Below, piece after piece: positions 16,331 through 25,058 of a stretch of 39,880 bases of DNA. Under the pieces are notes generated by a model. That model did no database searches. It saw nothing but the letters and a program-made list of their open reading frames with translations, and was not told the origin of the DNA. The DNA comes from an uncultured Candidatus Saccharibacteria bacterium (GTDB taxonomy: Bacteria; Patescibacteriota; Minisyncoccia; UBA6257; Colwellbacteraceae), in the NCBI GenBank assembly GCA_964633405.1, contig CAZWFV010000001.1, forward strand, positions 1 to 39,880, given 5' to 3'. The position numbers and the translations under genes were made by a program. The stretch's first letter is position 1, and each line of letters opens with the position of its first letter.

Positions 16331-17206
16331 TTGACGACTGTATTCTACATACTGCTATTTGTTTTTGGTCTGGCTGTAGGCAGCTTCTTAAACGTAGTTT
16401 CCCTCCGCTATGAAGATGGTAAGGGTATATTTGCCAACATTTACGGCAGGTCGCACTGTCCGCATTGCGGCAACACCCTGCGTTGGTACGAACTGCTGCC
16501 GGTCATGTCTTTTATCATACAGGGCGGTCGTTGCCGTTCGTGCCATCAGCGCATCTCCTGGCAATATCCGATAGTGGAATTGCTGTCAGGCTTGATTTTC
16601 GTCCTCGTACCATATCGCTTGATAATCTTTTACGGCCGTTTCTATCAACCGTACCTACCGATATTCATATGGGTGATAGCTTTTCTGACCCTACTTTTGG
16701 TGTCGATCATAGATTTCCGGCAGCAGATTATCCCGGACAGTCTTAGTATATTCATGGGTCTGTTAGGTGTAGCTATGTTCTTCATTCACGTGAGCTTGGG
16801 GGACTTCGGCTTGGCCAACGGAATCATCGGCGGCAGCTTTCTGGGCAGTTATTCTCTGCTTCTCTTCTACGGGAATTCCCTGCTTATAAACACTCTTCTA
16901 GGTTTGGCTTTCGGTTTGGTCTTCATTGGGCTAATTTATGCCGTTTCATTGGGCAGAGGGATAGGTTTGGGAGACGTCAAACTTGCCGCCGCCGCCGGAT
17001 TGCTCATGGGCTGGCCCGATATAGCTCTCGCGCTCATCGTCGCTTTCATTATCGGGGCTATAATCGGTGGCGGGCTGATGCTCTTCCGCGGCAGGTCCAG
17101 ACGGGACGCCGTCCCGTTCGGCCCGTTTATAGTTGTAGGTATTACCTTAGTCTTCTTTTTGGGGTACGATATTCTTAATGCGTACTTCCACCTGTTTAAG
17201 ATCTAA
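16331..17206 (+). CDS. pilD: Prepilin peptidase / N-methyltransferase PilD (A24 family)
   Basis: TTG start. Zinc-binding CPHCG...CRSCHQ motif and the catalytic Asp motifs IIPDS and GLGDVKL. Confidence 0.9.
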   Translation: MTTVFYILLFVFGLAVGSFLNVVSLRYEDGKGIFANIYGRSHCPHCGNTLRWYELLPVMSFIIQGGRCRSCHQRISWQYPIVELLSGLIFVLVPYRLIIFYGRFYQPYLPIFIWVIAFLTLLLVSIIDFRQQIIPDSLSIFMGLLGVAMFFIHVSLGDFGLANGIIGGSFLGSYSLLLFYGNSLLINTLLGLAFGLVFIGLIYAVSLGRGIGLGDVKLAAAAGLLMGWPDIALALIVAFIIGAIIGGGLMLFRGRSRRDAVPFGPFIVVGITLVFFLGYDILNAYFHLFKI

Positions 17207-17792
17207 ATTGCAAGTTTCGGATTGTTCTGCTGCGGGATTTACCCTGATTGAGATGCTGGTTACGCTGGGAATCCTGGCTATATTGTCGTCGATAATGATC
17301 GGGTATGCCTCCGAAAGCGGACGGCAGACATTCCTGCTGGTTACCAGAGAGAGTGTTGTCCAGCTGTTGAATAGAGCTAAAGCCGATGCTCTAGCTCAGT
17401 ACTCTACGACCGTGTCGGGAGGCAATTCCTCTAGTTTGAGTACCTGCGGTTTTGGCGTGCACGTCGACCGCGCCGCCTATACGCTGACGATATTCGAGAG
17501 CGAATCCACAGACTGCGACCATAGGAGCAATTACAGTTTCTCTTCGAGCACGGATATCCTTCTGACCGGATCGCTCGATTCATATGTGATTGACTCGGGT
17601 AGACTCCAATTTATACAGGATCCCGATGGCGATCTGACCGACGTTGTCTTTACCTCGCCCAACTCCCAGACATACATCAACGGCGCTACCTCAAACACCG
17701 TGACCCAGGCAGGCGTGGATCTGCAGATGACCAACGCCGCCTCAGAGAACATCAAGGTTACTATAAACAATGCCGGCCAGATCAGTTGGTAA
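17178..17792 (+). CDS. Minor pilin / pseudopilin
   Basis: AAG|FTLIEMLVTLGILAILSS prepilin motif. The ATG at 17178 overlaps pilD by 29 nt; an in-frame TTG at 17208 is an alternative start. Confidence 0.75.
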   Translation: MRTSTCLRSKLQVSDCSAAGFTLIEMLVTLGILAILSSIMIGYASESGRQTFLLVTRESVVQLLNRAKADALAQYSTTVSGGNSSSLSTCGFGVHVDRAAYTLTIFESESTDCDHRSNYSFSSSTDILLTGSLDSYVIDSGRLQFIQDPDGDLTDVVFTSPNSQTYINGATSNTVTQAGVDLQMTNAASENIKVTINNAGQISW

Positions 17793-18285
17793 CAACAGGG
17801 GACAGATGCTCATCGAGGCCATGGTGGCCATGGGGGTGATATCCATAAGTCTGCTGGGCGTATTCGCCTTGCTGTCGCAGTCCTTGGAATTGAGTAGGAC
17901 CACGTCAAATCAATATGTGGGGACTTACCTGGCGGCGGAGGGGATAGAGGTAGTTAAGAATATCGTGGATACGAATACCTATAAGGGCGGGGCAGCATGG
18001 AATGCAGGGCTGATTCAAAGCGGTCAGAGCAGTTACACCTTCACCGTCCAGTATGACAGCACCGCTCCAGAGTCATTCTCGGTGGACACGCCTTTATTGT
18101 TCGATCCGAGCACCGGCACGTACAACTATCAGACCGGCAACTACACCACCTTCACCAGGGCCGTAACCGTGACTAGTCTGCTGTCCGGCAATGAACTGCA
18201 GGTCGACTCCGTCGTCGGTTGGGTCAACAGCGGCGGCATAAAGGACTCGGTCAAACTGGAAGATGATTTATATAACTGGCGTTAA
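17770..18285 (+). CDS. Minor pilin (PilV-like)
   Basis: NNRG|QMLIEAMVAMGVISI, a degenerate prepilin motif with E at +5. It overlaps the previous gene by 23 nt. Confidence 0.65.
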   Translation: MPARSVGNNRGQMLIEAMVAMGVISISLLGVFALLSQSLELSRTTSNQYVGTYLAAEGIEVVKNIVDTNTYKGGAAWNAGLIQSGQSSYTFTVQYDSTAPESFSVDTPLLFDPSTGTYNYQTGNYTTFTRAVTVTSLLSGNELQVDSVVGWVNSGGIKDSVKLEDDLYNWR

Positions 18286-18286
18286 A

Positions 18287-18826
18287 ATGGATCACGGACC
18301 CGGTAAGGCAAATAGCAGCAGTGGATTCACGCTCATAGAGCTGATGGTCGCAATGGCCGTCTTCCTAATTCTTGTTTCTCTATCAACCTCCGTGTTCATC
18401 CAGACCCTTCGTACGCAGCGCACTATCGACAGCGTAACGGCTGATAATGAGAGCGCCTCCGAAGCGTTAGAACAAATGGCCAGGGATATCCGTACGGGTT
18501 ACAATTTTACGGCTCCCGACGTCAACAGCCAGGGGATCGCCCATGACCTAGTATTCAGCAGTGCACAGGAGAATGCGACCGTCGGCTTCAAGCTGTCCAA
18601 TCAGTCCGTCGCTCGTTGCATAGATACCTGTCAGACGGATTCGGATTACAAGCCGGTAACGCCGCCCGGGGTTAATATAAGCGACCTGAGCTTTATACCG
18701 GTAAATCTTACCTCCGGCGTTCCGCGGATAACGATCCTTATGACCGTAAGCACCAGTACGTCGGGCGGGACCAGTTCCAATATAAATACCTATCTTGAGA
18801 CGACCGTAAGTGCCAGAAATTTCTAA
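18287..18826 (+). CDS. Minor pilin (PilW-like)
   Basis: SSSG|FTLIELMVAMAVFLILVS prepilin motif. The ATG at 18287 follows the upstream stop by 1 nt; the ORF track starts at 18263. Confidence 0.7.
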   Translation: MDHGPGKANSSSGFTLIELMVAMAVFLILVSLSTSVFIQTLRTQRTIDSVTADNESASEALEQMARDIRTGYNFTAPDVNSQGIAHDLVFSSAQENATVGFKLSNQSVARCIDTCQTDSDYKPVTPPGVNISDLSFIPVNLTSGVPRITILMTVSTSTSGGTSSNINTYLETTVSARNF

Positions 18827-18828
18827 TC

Positions 18829-19185
18829 ATGTTAACCAGACGCAACAAGGGACAAGTCATACTGCTCACGGCGATAATAGTAGCGGGCGTGGTCATGGCC
18901 GCGACTTCGCTAGCCGGGCTACTTACCCTATATGAGCTGCGGCAGGTCACGGACGTCAAGAACTCCAGCGCGGCAATCTTTGCTGCTGACGCCGGAACGG
19001 AATGTCTTTCATATCAATGGACCAAGGATTCAAGCCTCGACTGCAGCAACGGCACTTTAACCAATGGCGCCAGATTCACAACCACCAGCACACCCTCCGG
19101 TACCGGCTTCATATCGATCGGCACCTCCGGACGTTCCAATCGCGCCTTCGAGATAGACTTCAGCCAATTTGCCACATCAACATGA
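18829..19185 (+). CDS. PilX-like minor pilus component (hydrophobic N-terminus, no E+5)
   Basis: MLTRRNKGQVILLTAIIVAGVVMAA N-terminus. It is the last gene of the minor-pilin block. Its stop overlaps the ligA start (ATGA). Confidence 0.5.
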   Translation: MLTRRNKGQVILLTAIIVAGVVMAATSLAGLLTLYELRQVTDVKNSSAAIFAADAGTECLSYQWTKDSSLDCSNGTLTNGARFTTTSTPSGTGFISIGTSGRSNRAFEIDFSQFATST

Positions 19186-21209
19186 CCGCGAAGGAGGCCA
19201 AGGAACGGATAGATCACCTTAAGAAGCTTATCAACAAATACCGCTATTCGCGGCTTGTTCTTAACAAGGAGCTTATCTCGCCGGAAGCGGAGGACGCGCT
19301 TAAGAAAGAGCTATTCGACACAGAGCAGCAGTTCCCAAAACTGGTCACGCCTGATTCGCCAACCCAGCGTGTAGCCGGCAAACCGCTGGCGGAATTCAAG
19401 AAAGTGCGCCACGAACAGGCTATGCTGTCATTCAATGATGCCTTCTCGCCGCAGGACATACATGACTGGTTCGAGCGTTTGGAGACCTATCTTGGGCACA
19501 GGATTAAGCAAGATTTCTACGTGGAATTGAAAATAGACGGCCTGGCCATCGAACTCGAATATGAGGATGGTCTGTTTATCAGAGGGTCGACCAGGGGGGA
19601 TGGGCAGATCGGCGAGGACGTAACCCAGAATTTGCGCACAGTTGAGGCAATACCGCTTAGGCTTGAACCGGCCGCCGGAGCGGAAGTGCCAAGGCGACTG
19701 GTGGTAAGGGGGGAGATTTTCGTGACCAAGAGGGAATTTGAGAGGATAAACAGGGAACAGGGAAAGAACGGTGGCAAGTTATACGCCAATCCTAGGAACA
19801 TCGCCGCCGGATCGATTCGCCAGCTTAATCCTAAGATCGCAGAATCAAGGAGGATGGACTCATTTGAATACGCGGTTATAACCGACATAAGGCAGAAACA
19901 TCACGAAGAGGAGCACGCCTATCTGAGAAAAATCGGGTTCAAGACCAACCCAAACAATAAACTGGTCCATTCGTTGCAGGAGATATTTGATCTTCAGGAA
20001 TACTGGGGCAAACACCGCGATCACTTGCAATATGAGATCGACGGCCTGGTGATAATAGTCAACGATAATAAGGTATTCGGCGATGCGGGAGTCATTGGTA
20101 AATCACCTAGGGCGGCCATAGCCTATAAGTTCTCGCCGCGCGAGGCGACTACGGTGGTTGAGGAGATAAGGGTTCAGGTTGGAAGAACCGGAGCCCTTAC
20201 GCCGGTGGCGGTGATGCGCCCCGTGAATGTTGGCGGTGTTACGATCACTCATGCCACCCTGCACAATTCCGATGAGATCGAGCGTCTGGGCCTCAAGATA
20301 GGGGATACGGTTATCGTAAGCAGAGCTGGGGACGTAATCCCGCAGGTAACCAAAGTCCTCAAAGAATTGCGCACCGGCCGCGAGAAGAGTTTCAGGATGC
20401 CGGAGAAATGCCCGATAGACGGTTCCAAGGTAGTAAGAGAGGGCGCGATCCACCGTTGTTCCAACCGGCTGTGCGGGGCCAGGCTGCGCGAGTCCCTGCG
20501 CCACTTTGTATCGCGGTCCGCTCTGGACATACAGGGACTGGGTCCAAAGGTAATAGACCGCTTCTTGGACGAAGGCTTGGTAAACAATGCGGTCGACTTC
20601 TTCTCATTGAACGAGGGCGATATAGCTGCGCTGGAAAGGTTCGGCGATAAATCGGCCAAGAATCTGATAGCGGAAATAGACGGCAAGAAGAAAGTTACCC
20701 TACCCAGATTCATCTACGCCATAGGGATCCTTCACGTCGGCGAGGAGACCGCACGGGCCCTGGCTGCCTTTGTCTCCAGAAGATCGGCGCTAAAGGTCCC
20801 TAACGATTTATATAAAATTTTCAACTCGTTATCGGTCGAGGATCTGCAAGACATACCCGATATAGGTCCTAAGGTAGCTTCAAGTATAGTCGAGTGGTTC
20901 AAGGCTAAAGGTAACGGAACCCTACTGAACGGATTTACCAAGGCTGGCATAAAATTGACCAAGGAAGCTACAGCCAGGGGTGCTAAATTGAGCGGGCTGA
21001 CTTTCGTCCTTACCGGTACGCTCAATTCCATGACTCGCGAACAGGCCAAGGACAGGATTAGGTCGTTGGGGGGCGATACCGCCGAGTCCGTCAGCAAGAA
21101 CACCGATTATGTCGTGGCTGGAACTGAACCCGGATCTAAATTTAATAAGGCCAAGGGACTGGGAGTTAAGATTATCGACGAAAAGGAATTTTTGGGTATG
21201 ATTAAGTAG
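19182..21209 (+). CDS. ligA: NAD-dependent DNA ligase LigA
   Basis: The start at 19182 gives MTAKEAKERIDHLKKLINKYRY. Adenylation motif KIDGLA, OB fold, Zn finger CPIDGS...CSNRLC, HhH repeats and a C-terminal BRCT domain (FVLTGTL...). Confidence 0.95.
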   Translation: MTAKEAKERIDHLKKLINKYRYSRLVLNKELISPEAEDALKKELFDTEQQFPKLVTPDSPTQRVAGKPLAEFKKVRHEQAMLSFNDAFSPQDIHDWFERLETYLGHRIKQDFYVELKIDGLAIELEYEDGLFIRGSTRGDGQIGEDVTQNLRTVEAIPLRLEPAAGAEVPRRLVVRGEIFVTKREFERINREQGKNGGKLYANPRNIAAGSIRQLNPKIAESRRMDSFEYAVITDIRQKHHEEEHAYLRKIGFKTNPNNKLVHSLQEIFDLQEYWGKHRDHLQYEIDGLVIIVNDNKVFGDAGVIGKSPRAAIAYKFSPREATTVVEEIRVQVGRTGALTPVAVMRPVNVGGVTITHATLHNSDEIERLGLKIGDTVIVSRAGDVIPQVTKVLKELRTGREKSFRMPEKCPIDGSKVVREGAIHRCSNRLCGARLRESLRHFVSRSALDIQGLGPKVIDRFLDEGLVNNAVDFFSLNEGDIAALERFGDKSAKNLIAEIDGKKKVTLPRFIYAIGILHVGEETARALAAFVSRRSALKVPNDLYKIFNSLSVEDLQDIPDIGPKVASSIVEWFKAKGNGTLLNGFTKAGIKLTKEATARGAKLSGLTFVLTGTLNSMTREQAKDRIRSLGGDTAESVSKNTDYVVAGTEPGSKFNKAKGLGVKIIDEKEFLGMIK

Positions 21210-21211
21210 TT

Positions 21212-21490
21212 ATGGAATTCGACGTCGAGTATTATGCGCGCTTGGCGCGGATAAAGCTGACTGAGGAAGAGAAAACCAGATTCGCTAAGGAGCTGAGGGA
21301 TGTCTTGGCGTACGTAGAGGAACTAAAGGAGGTCGACACGAAAGACATCGCTCCTATGACCGGCGGAACGGATCTGCGCAATGCATACCGTGAAGACAAA
21401 CCCGGCGAATTCTCCGATTGCGGTAAGGGGGCAGCCAGCTTCCCGGACGAGAAGGACGGGTTCTTGAGAGTACCTAAAATATTTGATTGA
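21212..21490 (+). CDS. gatC: Asp/Glu-tRNA amidotransferase subunit C
   Basis: 92 aa, with LARIKLTEEEKTRFAKELRDVLAYVEEL. It sits directly upstream of gatA and overlaps it by 4 nt. Confidence 0.9.
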   Translation: MEFDVEYYARLARIKLTEEEKTRFAKELRDVLAYVEELKEVDTKDIAPMTGGTDLRNAYREDKPGEFSDCGKGAASFPDEKDGFLRVPKIFD

Positions 21491-22923
21491 TGATTAAACC
21501 GGAGGAGTTGACTATAAAGAGTTTCCGGGAGGGGTTGGGTAACAAGCAGTTTAGCGCTCAGGAGGTTGTTAAGTCTCTATTCGACCATATTGATGTACGT
21601 GATAAGGAGATCGACGCTTATCTTTCCTTGAATAAGAAGGGGGCTATGGACGCGGCAAATAAGGTAGATAAGGCGCTGGCCGCAGGGGACAGATTGCCGC
21701 AGCTGGCCGGCCTACCCATGGCCATAAAGGACATAATACTAATTGAGGGTATGCCCGCCACCGCCGCTTCGAAGATATTGGAACATTACATAGCCGTTTA
21801 TGATGCTGGAGTGATAAGGAGACTGAAGTCGGCCGGCGCCATATTCCTAGGCAAAACGAATATGGATGAGTTTGCTATGGGCAGTTCTACTGAGCAGTCA
21901 GCCTTCAAAGTCACGAAGAATCCTCACGACCTGTCGCGGGTTCCCGGCGGTTCTTCTGGCGGATCAGCCGCAGCTGTGGCCGCAAACATGGCCATTGCCG
22001 CCCTAGGAACCGATACGGGTGGTTCTATACGGCAGCCAGCGGCTTTCTGCGGAGTAGTGGGCATGAAGCCGACCTACGGAGCCGTTTCGCGTTACGGGGT
22101 GATAGCTATGGCCTCGAGTTTGGACCAGGTTGGTACGTTCTGTAAAACGGTTGAAGATACGGCTATTCTGTTCAGGGAAATAGCTGGTTATGATGCTAAT
22201 GATGCTACTAGCGTGCACAGCAAGTACGGCAATGAGCTGCTAAGTCCAGATTTCGATAAATTACGCGAACTGAAGGTTGGCGTCCCGGAGGAGTATTTCA
22301 TTGAGGGTATGGACGCCGACGTCAGTTCTGCTATTCAGGAGACAATAAAGAGATTCGAGTCTCTTAAGATTAGAGTCAAGAAGATACACTTGCCTCATAC
22401 CAAGTATGCCCTGTCGGTCTATTACATAATCATGCCTGCGGAGGTAAGCACGAACTTGGCACGTTATGACGGCATACGCTACGGTGACCGTGCTAATACG
22501 GGCAATCTTCTTAATCTTTATTACCAGGATCGCGGAAGCGGCTTTGGTCCAGAATCAAAGCGCCGCTCTATATTGGGAACATTCGTTCTCTCCGCTGGTT
22601 ATTATGACGCTTACTATGCCAAGGCCCAGAAGGTGAGGTCGCTCATAAGACAAGATTTTGATAAGGCGTTTAAGGATGTGGACGTTATCCTCACTCCCGT
22701 TACACCATCGCTGCCATTTAAAATTGGCGAGAAGACATCCGACCCCCTGCAGATGTATTTGTCGGATATATTTACCATACCGCCTAACCTAGCTGGACTG
22801 CCTGGAATATCGATACCGGTTAAGGGCAGGGAGAGTAAATTGCCGGTGGGGTTCCAACTCATCGGTAAGTCGTGGCACGAAGCCGATATTCTAGGGTTGG
22901 GTCAGTACTATGAACGAAATTGA
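21487..22923 (+). CDS. gatA: Asp/Glu-tRNA amidotransferase subunit A (amidase signature family)
   Basis: Amidase signature GGSSGGSAAAVAA...GTDTGGSIRQPA. Confidence 0.95.
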   Translation: MMIKPEELTIKSFREGLGNKQFSAQEVVKSLFDHIDVRDKEIDAYLSLNKKGAMDAANKVDKALAAGDRLPQLAGLPMAIKDIILIEGMPATAASKILEHYIAVYDAGVIRRLKSAGAIFLGKTNMDEFAMGSSTEQSAFKVTKNPHDLSRVPGGSSGGSAAAVAANMAIAALGTDTGGSIRQPAAFCGVVGMKPTYGAVSRYGVIAMASSLDQVGTFCKTVEDTAILFREIAGYDANDATSVHSKYGNELLSPDFDKLRELKVGVPEEYFIEGMDADVSSAIQETIKRFESLKIRVKKIHLPHTKYALSVYYIIMPAEVSTNLARYDGIRYGDRANTGNLLNLYYQDRGSGFGPESKRRSILGTFVLSAGYYDAYYAKAQKVRSLIRQDFDKAFKDVDVILTPVTPSLPFKIGEKTSDPLQMYLSDIFTIPPNLAGLPGISIPVKGRESKLPVGFQLIGKSWHEADILGLGQYYERN

Positions 22924-22925
22924 TT

Positions 22926-22951
22926 AAAACCGCCCGATTGGGCGGTTTTAT
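22926..22951. terminator. Bidirectional intrinsic terminator (serves gatA on + and tRNA-Asp on -)
   Basis: AAAACCGCCC-GATT-GGGCGGTTTT hairpin with A/T tracts on both sides. Confidence 0.8.
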
Positions 22952-22953
22952 AT

Positions 22954-23031
22954 TGGCGCAGCCGGCCGGATTTGAACCGGTGATCTTCTCCGTGACAGGG
23001 AGACGTGTTAACCAGGCTACACTACGGCTGC
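22954..23031 (-). tRNA. tRNA-Asp (anticodon GTC), CCA encoded
   Basis: The reverse complement folds as GCAGCCG-TA-GTGT..CACG-T-CTCCC-TGTCACG-GAGA..-ACCGG-TTCAAAT-CCGGC-CGGCTGC-G-CCA. The anticodon loop is CTGTCAC. Confidence 0.9.
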
Positions 23032-23037
23032 ATCTTT

Positions 23038-24279
23038 TTACTTTGTGTAAGTATAATGGTGAGCAAGTCTTTTTACAATTCCGTTGAATTTCTCGCCCCG
23101 TTCCTGATAGTCGCGGAACATGTCGAAGCTGGTCGCGCCCGGAGAGAATACGATATTGTCAGCGATTTTGGCTGCAGTCAGAGCCGCCTTCAGCGCTTTT
23201 TCTAGATTGCCGTCCACTATTTTAATCGGCCTAGTCCCTCTTATGGAGTTGGCTATCTTTCGGCGGCATTCCCCATATACGATTACCGACTCAACGCTTG
23301 ATCGGTGAAGCGCTTTCCTTACAGGACCGAAGTCCAAATTCTTGTCTCTCCCGCCCATTATAATTACCGCCGGTTCACTGAAGGCATCGATTGCGGCGAC
23401 AGTGGTTAGGGAATTGGTCGAAGCCGAATCGTTATAGATCCTTCTCTCGCCGATCTTCCCTATATACTGCAAGCGGAGGGGAAGTCCCCGATAACTTACG
23501 ATCGTTTTCCGTATCACTTCTTCTGGAACATGCATTTCCCCGCCGACCGCGGCGGCCACGGATACGTTTAGGAAATTATGATGACCCCGTATCTTCAGTT
23601 CGCTCGGGTTTATTGTCGAAGACCCATCGGCGTCTACCCTCACTTTCCGGCCGCGGCTGGCCTTGGCTATTCGTTCCGCGTATCCGTTGCCTGCAGCATA
23701 AACGACGGTATCTCTTTTAGTCTGGAACTTAGTTATCCTAACTTTGGCCTCGAAATACTCGCGCAAATTCTTATGTAAGTCCATGTGATCTGGAAATATG
23801 CTCAATACTACGGCTATGTCGGGCGAGAAGCGCAGATCCTGAAGCTGGAAACTCGATAATTCGAGTACGGTTACGGAGTCGTTCCTGAGACGGTTGAGTA
23901 TGGTTATAGCCGGTCTGCCGATATTACCGGCGAGATAAGCATCACGCCCATCGTTTTTGAGGATCTTATAAATCAGGGCTGAAGTTGTTCCCTTGCCCTT
24001 GGTGCCGGTTACGCCGATTATCTTTCCCTTAGCTTTCTCAAAAAATAATTCGGTTGCGCTGGATAACCTTACTCCCTTCTTGATGACCCGTTGTATCTCT
24101 GGTAGGTTATACGGTATTCCTGGAGAACGGTATATCACATCGAATTGATCCAACTTATCGAGATAGTTCGGATCGAACTTACGGTCGAGCACCGTAATAT
24201 TCTGCCTGGATTTATGCCTGCTTAAGTATCTGTACAATGACCGACCCTCTCTCCCGAATCCTAAGATAGCAATTTTCAT
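23038..24279 (-). CDS. murD: UDP-N-acetylmuramoyl-L-alanine--D-glutamate ligase MurD
   Basis: Mur ligase P-loop GVTGTKGKGTT, an N-terminal Rossmann-like MKIAILGFGREG, and a C-terminal Mur ligase domain. Confidence 0.9.
   Translation of the reverse strand: MKIAILGFGREGRSLYRYLSRHKSRQNITVLDRKFDPNYLDKLDQFDVIYRSPGIPYNLPEIQRVIKKGVRLSSATELFFEKAKGKIIGVTGTKGKGTTSALIYKILKNDGRDAYLAGNIGRPAITILNRLRNDSVTVLELSSFQLQDLRFSPDIAVVLSIFPDHMDLHKNLREYFEAKVRITKFQTKRDTVVYAAGNGYAERIAKASRGRKVRVDADGSSTINPSELKIRGHHNFLNVSVAAAVGGEMHVPEEVIRKTIVSYRGLPLRLQYIGKIGERRIYNDSASTNSLTTVAAIDAFSEPAVIIMGGRDKNLDFGPVRKALHRSSVESVIVYGECRRKIANSIRGTRPIKIVDGNLEKALKAALTAAKIADNIVFSPGATSFDMFRDYQERGEKFNGIVKRLAHHYTYTK
23050..23078 (-). promoter_or_regulatory. 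Putative promoter for tRNA-Asp embedded in the 3' end of murD
   Basis: On the minus strand: TTGTAA (complement of 23073-23078), 17 nt spacer, TATACT (complement of 23050-23055). This sits about 19 nt upstream of the tRNA 5' end. Confidence 0.45.
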
Positions 24280-24286
24280 CAGCTAC

Positions 24287-24295
24287 AATTTATCA
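24287..24295 (-). promoter_or_regulatory. Extended -10 element for murD, leaderless geometry
   Basis: The minus strand reads TGaTAAATT followed by 7 nt and then the ATG (24279). No SD site. Confidence 0.45.
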
Positions 24296-24360
24296 CATGT
24301 GCGCCATACTTGCATTGGGAGCAGGAGATAGAGCAAAATTGAACTGCTTAAATATAGTTT

Positions 24361-24431
24361 GCCGGTGTAGCTTAATGGTAAAGCAGAGCCCTCATAAAGC
24401 TCGGAAGGAGGTCCGATTCCTCCCATCGGCA
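24361..24431 (+). tRNA. tRNA with CAT anticodon, elongator-type (Met or lysidine-modified Ile2)
   Basis: GCCGGTG-TA-GCTT-AATGGTA-AAGC-A-GAGCC-CTCATAA-AGCTC-GGAA-GGAGG-TCCGATT-CCTCC-CATCGGC-A. It has G1:C72 and C11:G24 (not initiator-like), a C31-A39 mismatch, and C at position 55. Confidence 0.75.
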
Positions 24432-24442
24432 CAGTAACAAAA

Positions 24443-24472
24443 ATAAGGGCGAGCCCCGCCCTTATTTTGTTT
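24443..24472. terminator. Bidirectional intrinsic terminator between tRNA-CAT (+) and the NYN gene (-)
   Basis: 9-bp stem ATAAGGGCG/CGCCCTTAT with a 5-nt loop, flanked by an A-tract upstream and TTTTGTTTGTTTT downstream. Confidence 0.8.
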
Positions 24473-24475
24473 GTT

Positions 24476-24988
24476 TTATACGCCATCGACGTTATTGTGG
24501 AGAATACTTATTTTAAGTTTCCACTCCGACAAGTTATAAAACTTGTCGGCTACACGCCACAATCCCTGAGATATACTACTTTCCCAGCTGACCACCTCGA
24601 CTTTTTTACCAAGTCTCTGAAGTTCCCTGACCAGTGGCACAAAATCCTCGTCACCGCTTACCAAGACCACCGTATCAACTCTTCCGGCATCACGCATAGC
24701 CTCCACTGTTATATCGACATCACAATCACCCTTCTTCTTACCATCGCCGAAGATCTTCAGATTCTTCGTTTTTAGCTCGATCCCAATTTTTTGCAGGGCT
24801 TTGAAGAATTTATCTGAATTATGTGTCCCGTCATCCACGACGAAGGCAACTATCCTGAACAGGCTTCTGTCGCTTACTAGGAAGTCCTTCAATTTACGGT
24901 AATCCAGGAGTCTGTCAGGTATCTCTTTGCTGCATGGGTAGTATAAATTCTGGTTGTCTATCAGCACCAAAACCTTATCTCTCGACAT
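24476..24988 (-). CDS. NYN-domain (LabA/DUF88-like) protein, putative ribonuclease
   Basis: VLVLIDNQNLYY, then the acidic cluster GDCDVDITVEAM and VVLVSGDEDFVPLVRELQRLGKKVEVV, as in PF01936-type proteins. The ATG at 24988 is preferred; the ORF track starts at a TTG at 25024. Confidence 0.75.
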   Translation of the reverse strand: MSRDKVLVLIDNQNLYYPCSKEIPDRLLDYRKLKDFLVSDRSLFRIVAFVVDDGTHNSDKFFKALQKIGIELKTKNLKIFGDGKKKGDCDVDITVEAMRDAGRVDTVVLVSGDEDFVPLVRELQRLGKKVEVVSWESSISQGLWRVADKFYNLSEWKLKISILHNNVDGV

Positions 24989-24994
24989 AGATTT

Positions 24995-25020
24995 TAAAAG
25001 AACCGACTTGATGTCGGTCC
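24995..25020 (-). promoter_or_regulatory. Strand-specific hairpin plus U-tract immediately upstream of the NYN ATG (terminator/attenuator-like)
   Basis: The minus-strand RNA reads GGACCGAC-AUCAA-GUCGGUUC-UUUU. The second pair is G-U on the minus strand but A-C on the plus strand, so the fold favours the minus strand. The hairpin ends 11 nt before the ATG at 24988. Confidence 0.45.
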
Positions 25021-25058
25021 TCAATTTAGTTAATTAGACCGCCATCGACCTTACCGAT

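Noticed and set aside
19002-19181. N-terminal extension of the ligA ORF in the six-frame track (start at 19002).
   Set aside because: The extension overlaps the PilX-like gene in another frame and has an odd H/R/Q-rich composition. The conserved LigA N-terminus begins at the ATG at 19182, which forms an ATGA overlap with the upstream stop.
23005-23308. Plus-strand ORFs (23005-23205 and 23120-23308) overlapping tRNA-Asp and murD.
   Set aside because: They overlap a well-folded tRNA and the conserved murD frame, and no supporting signals were found.
24283-24775. ORFs 24283-24486 (-) and 24467-24775 (+) around tRNA(CAT) and the NYN gene.
   Set aside because: The first contains the tRNA gene and the terminator. 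The second is antisense to the NYN coding sequence.
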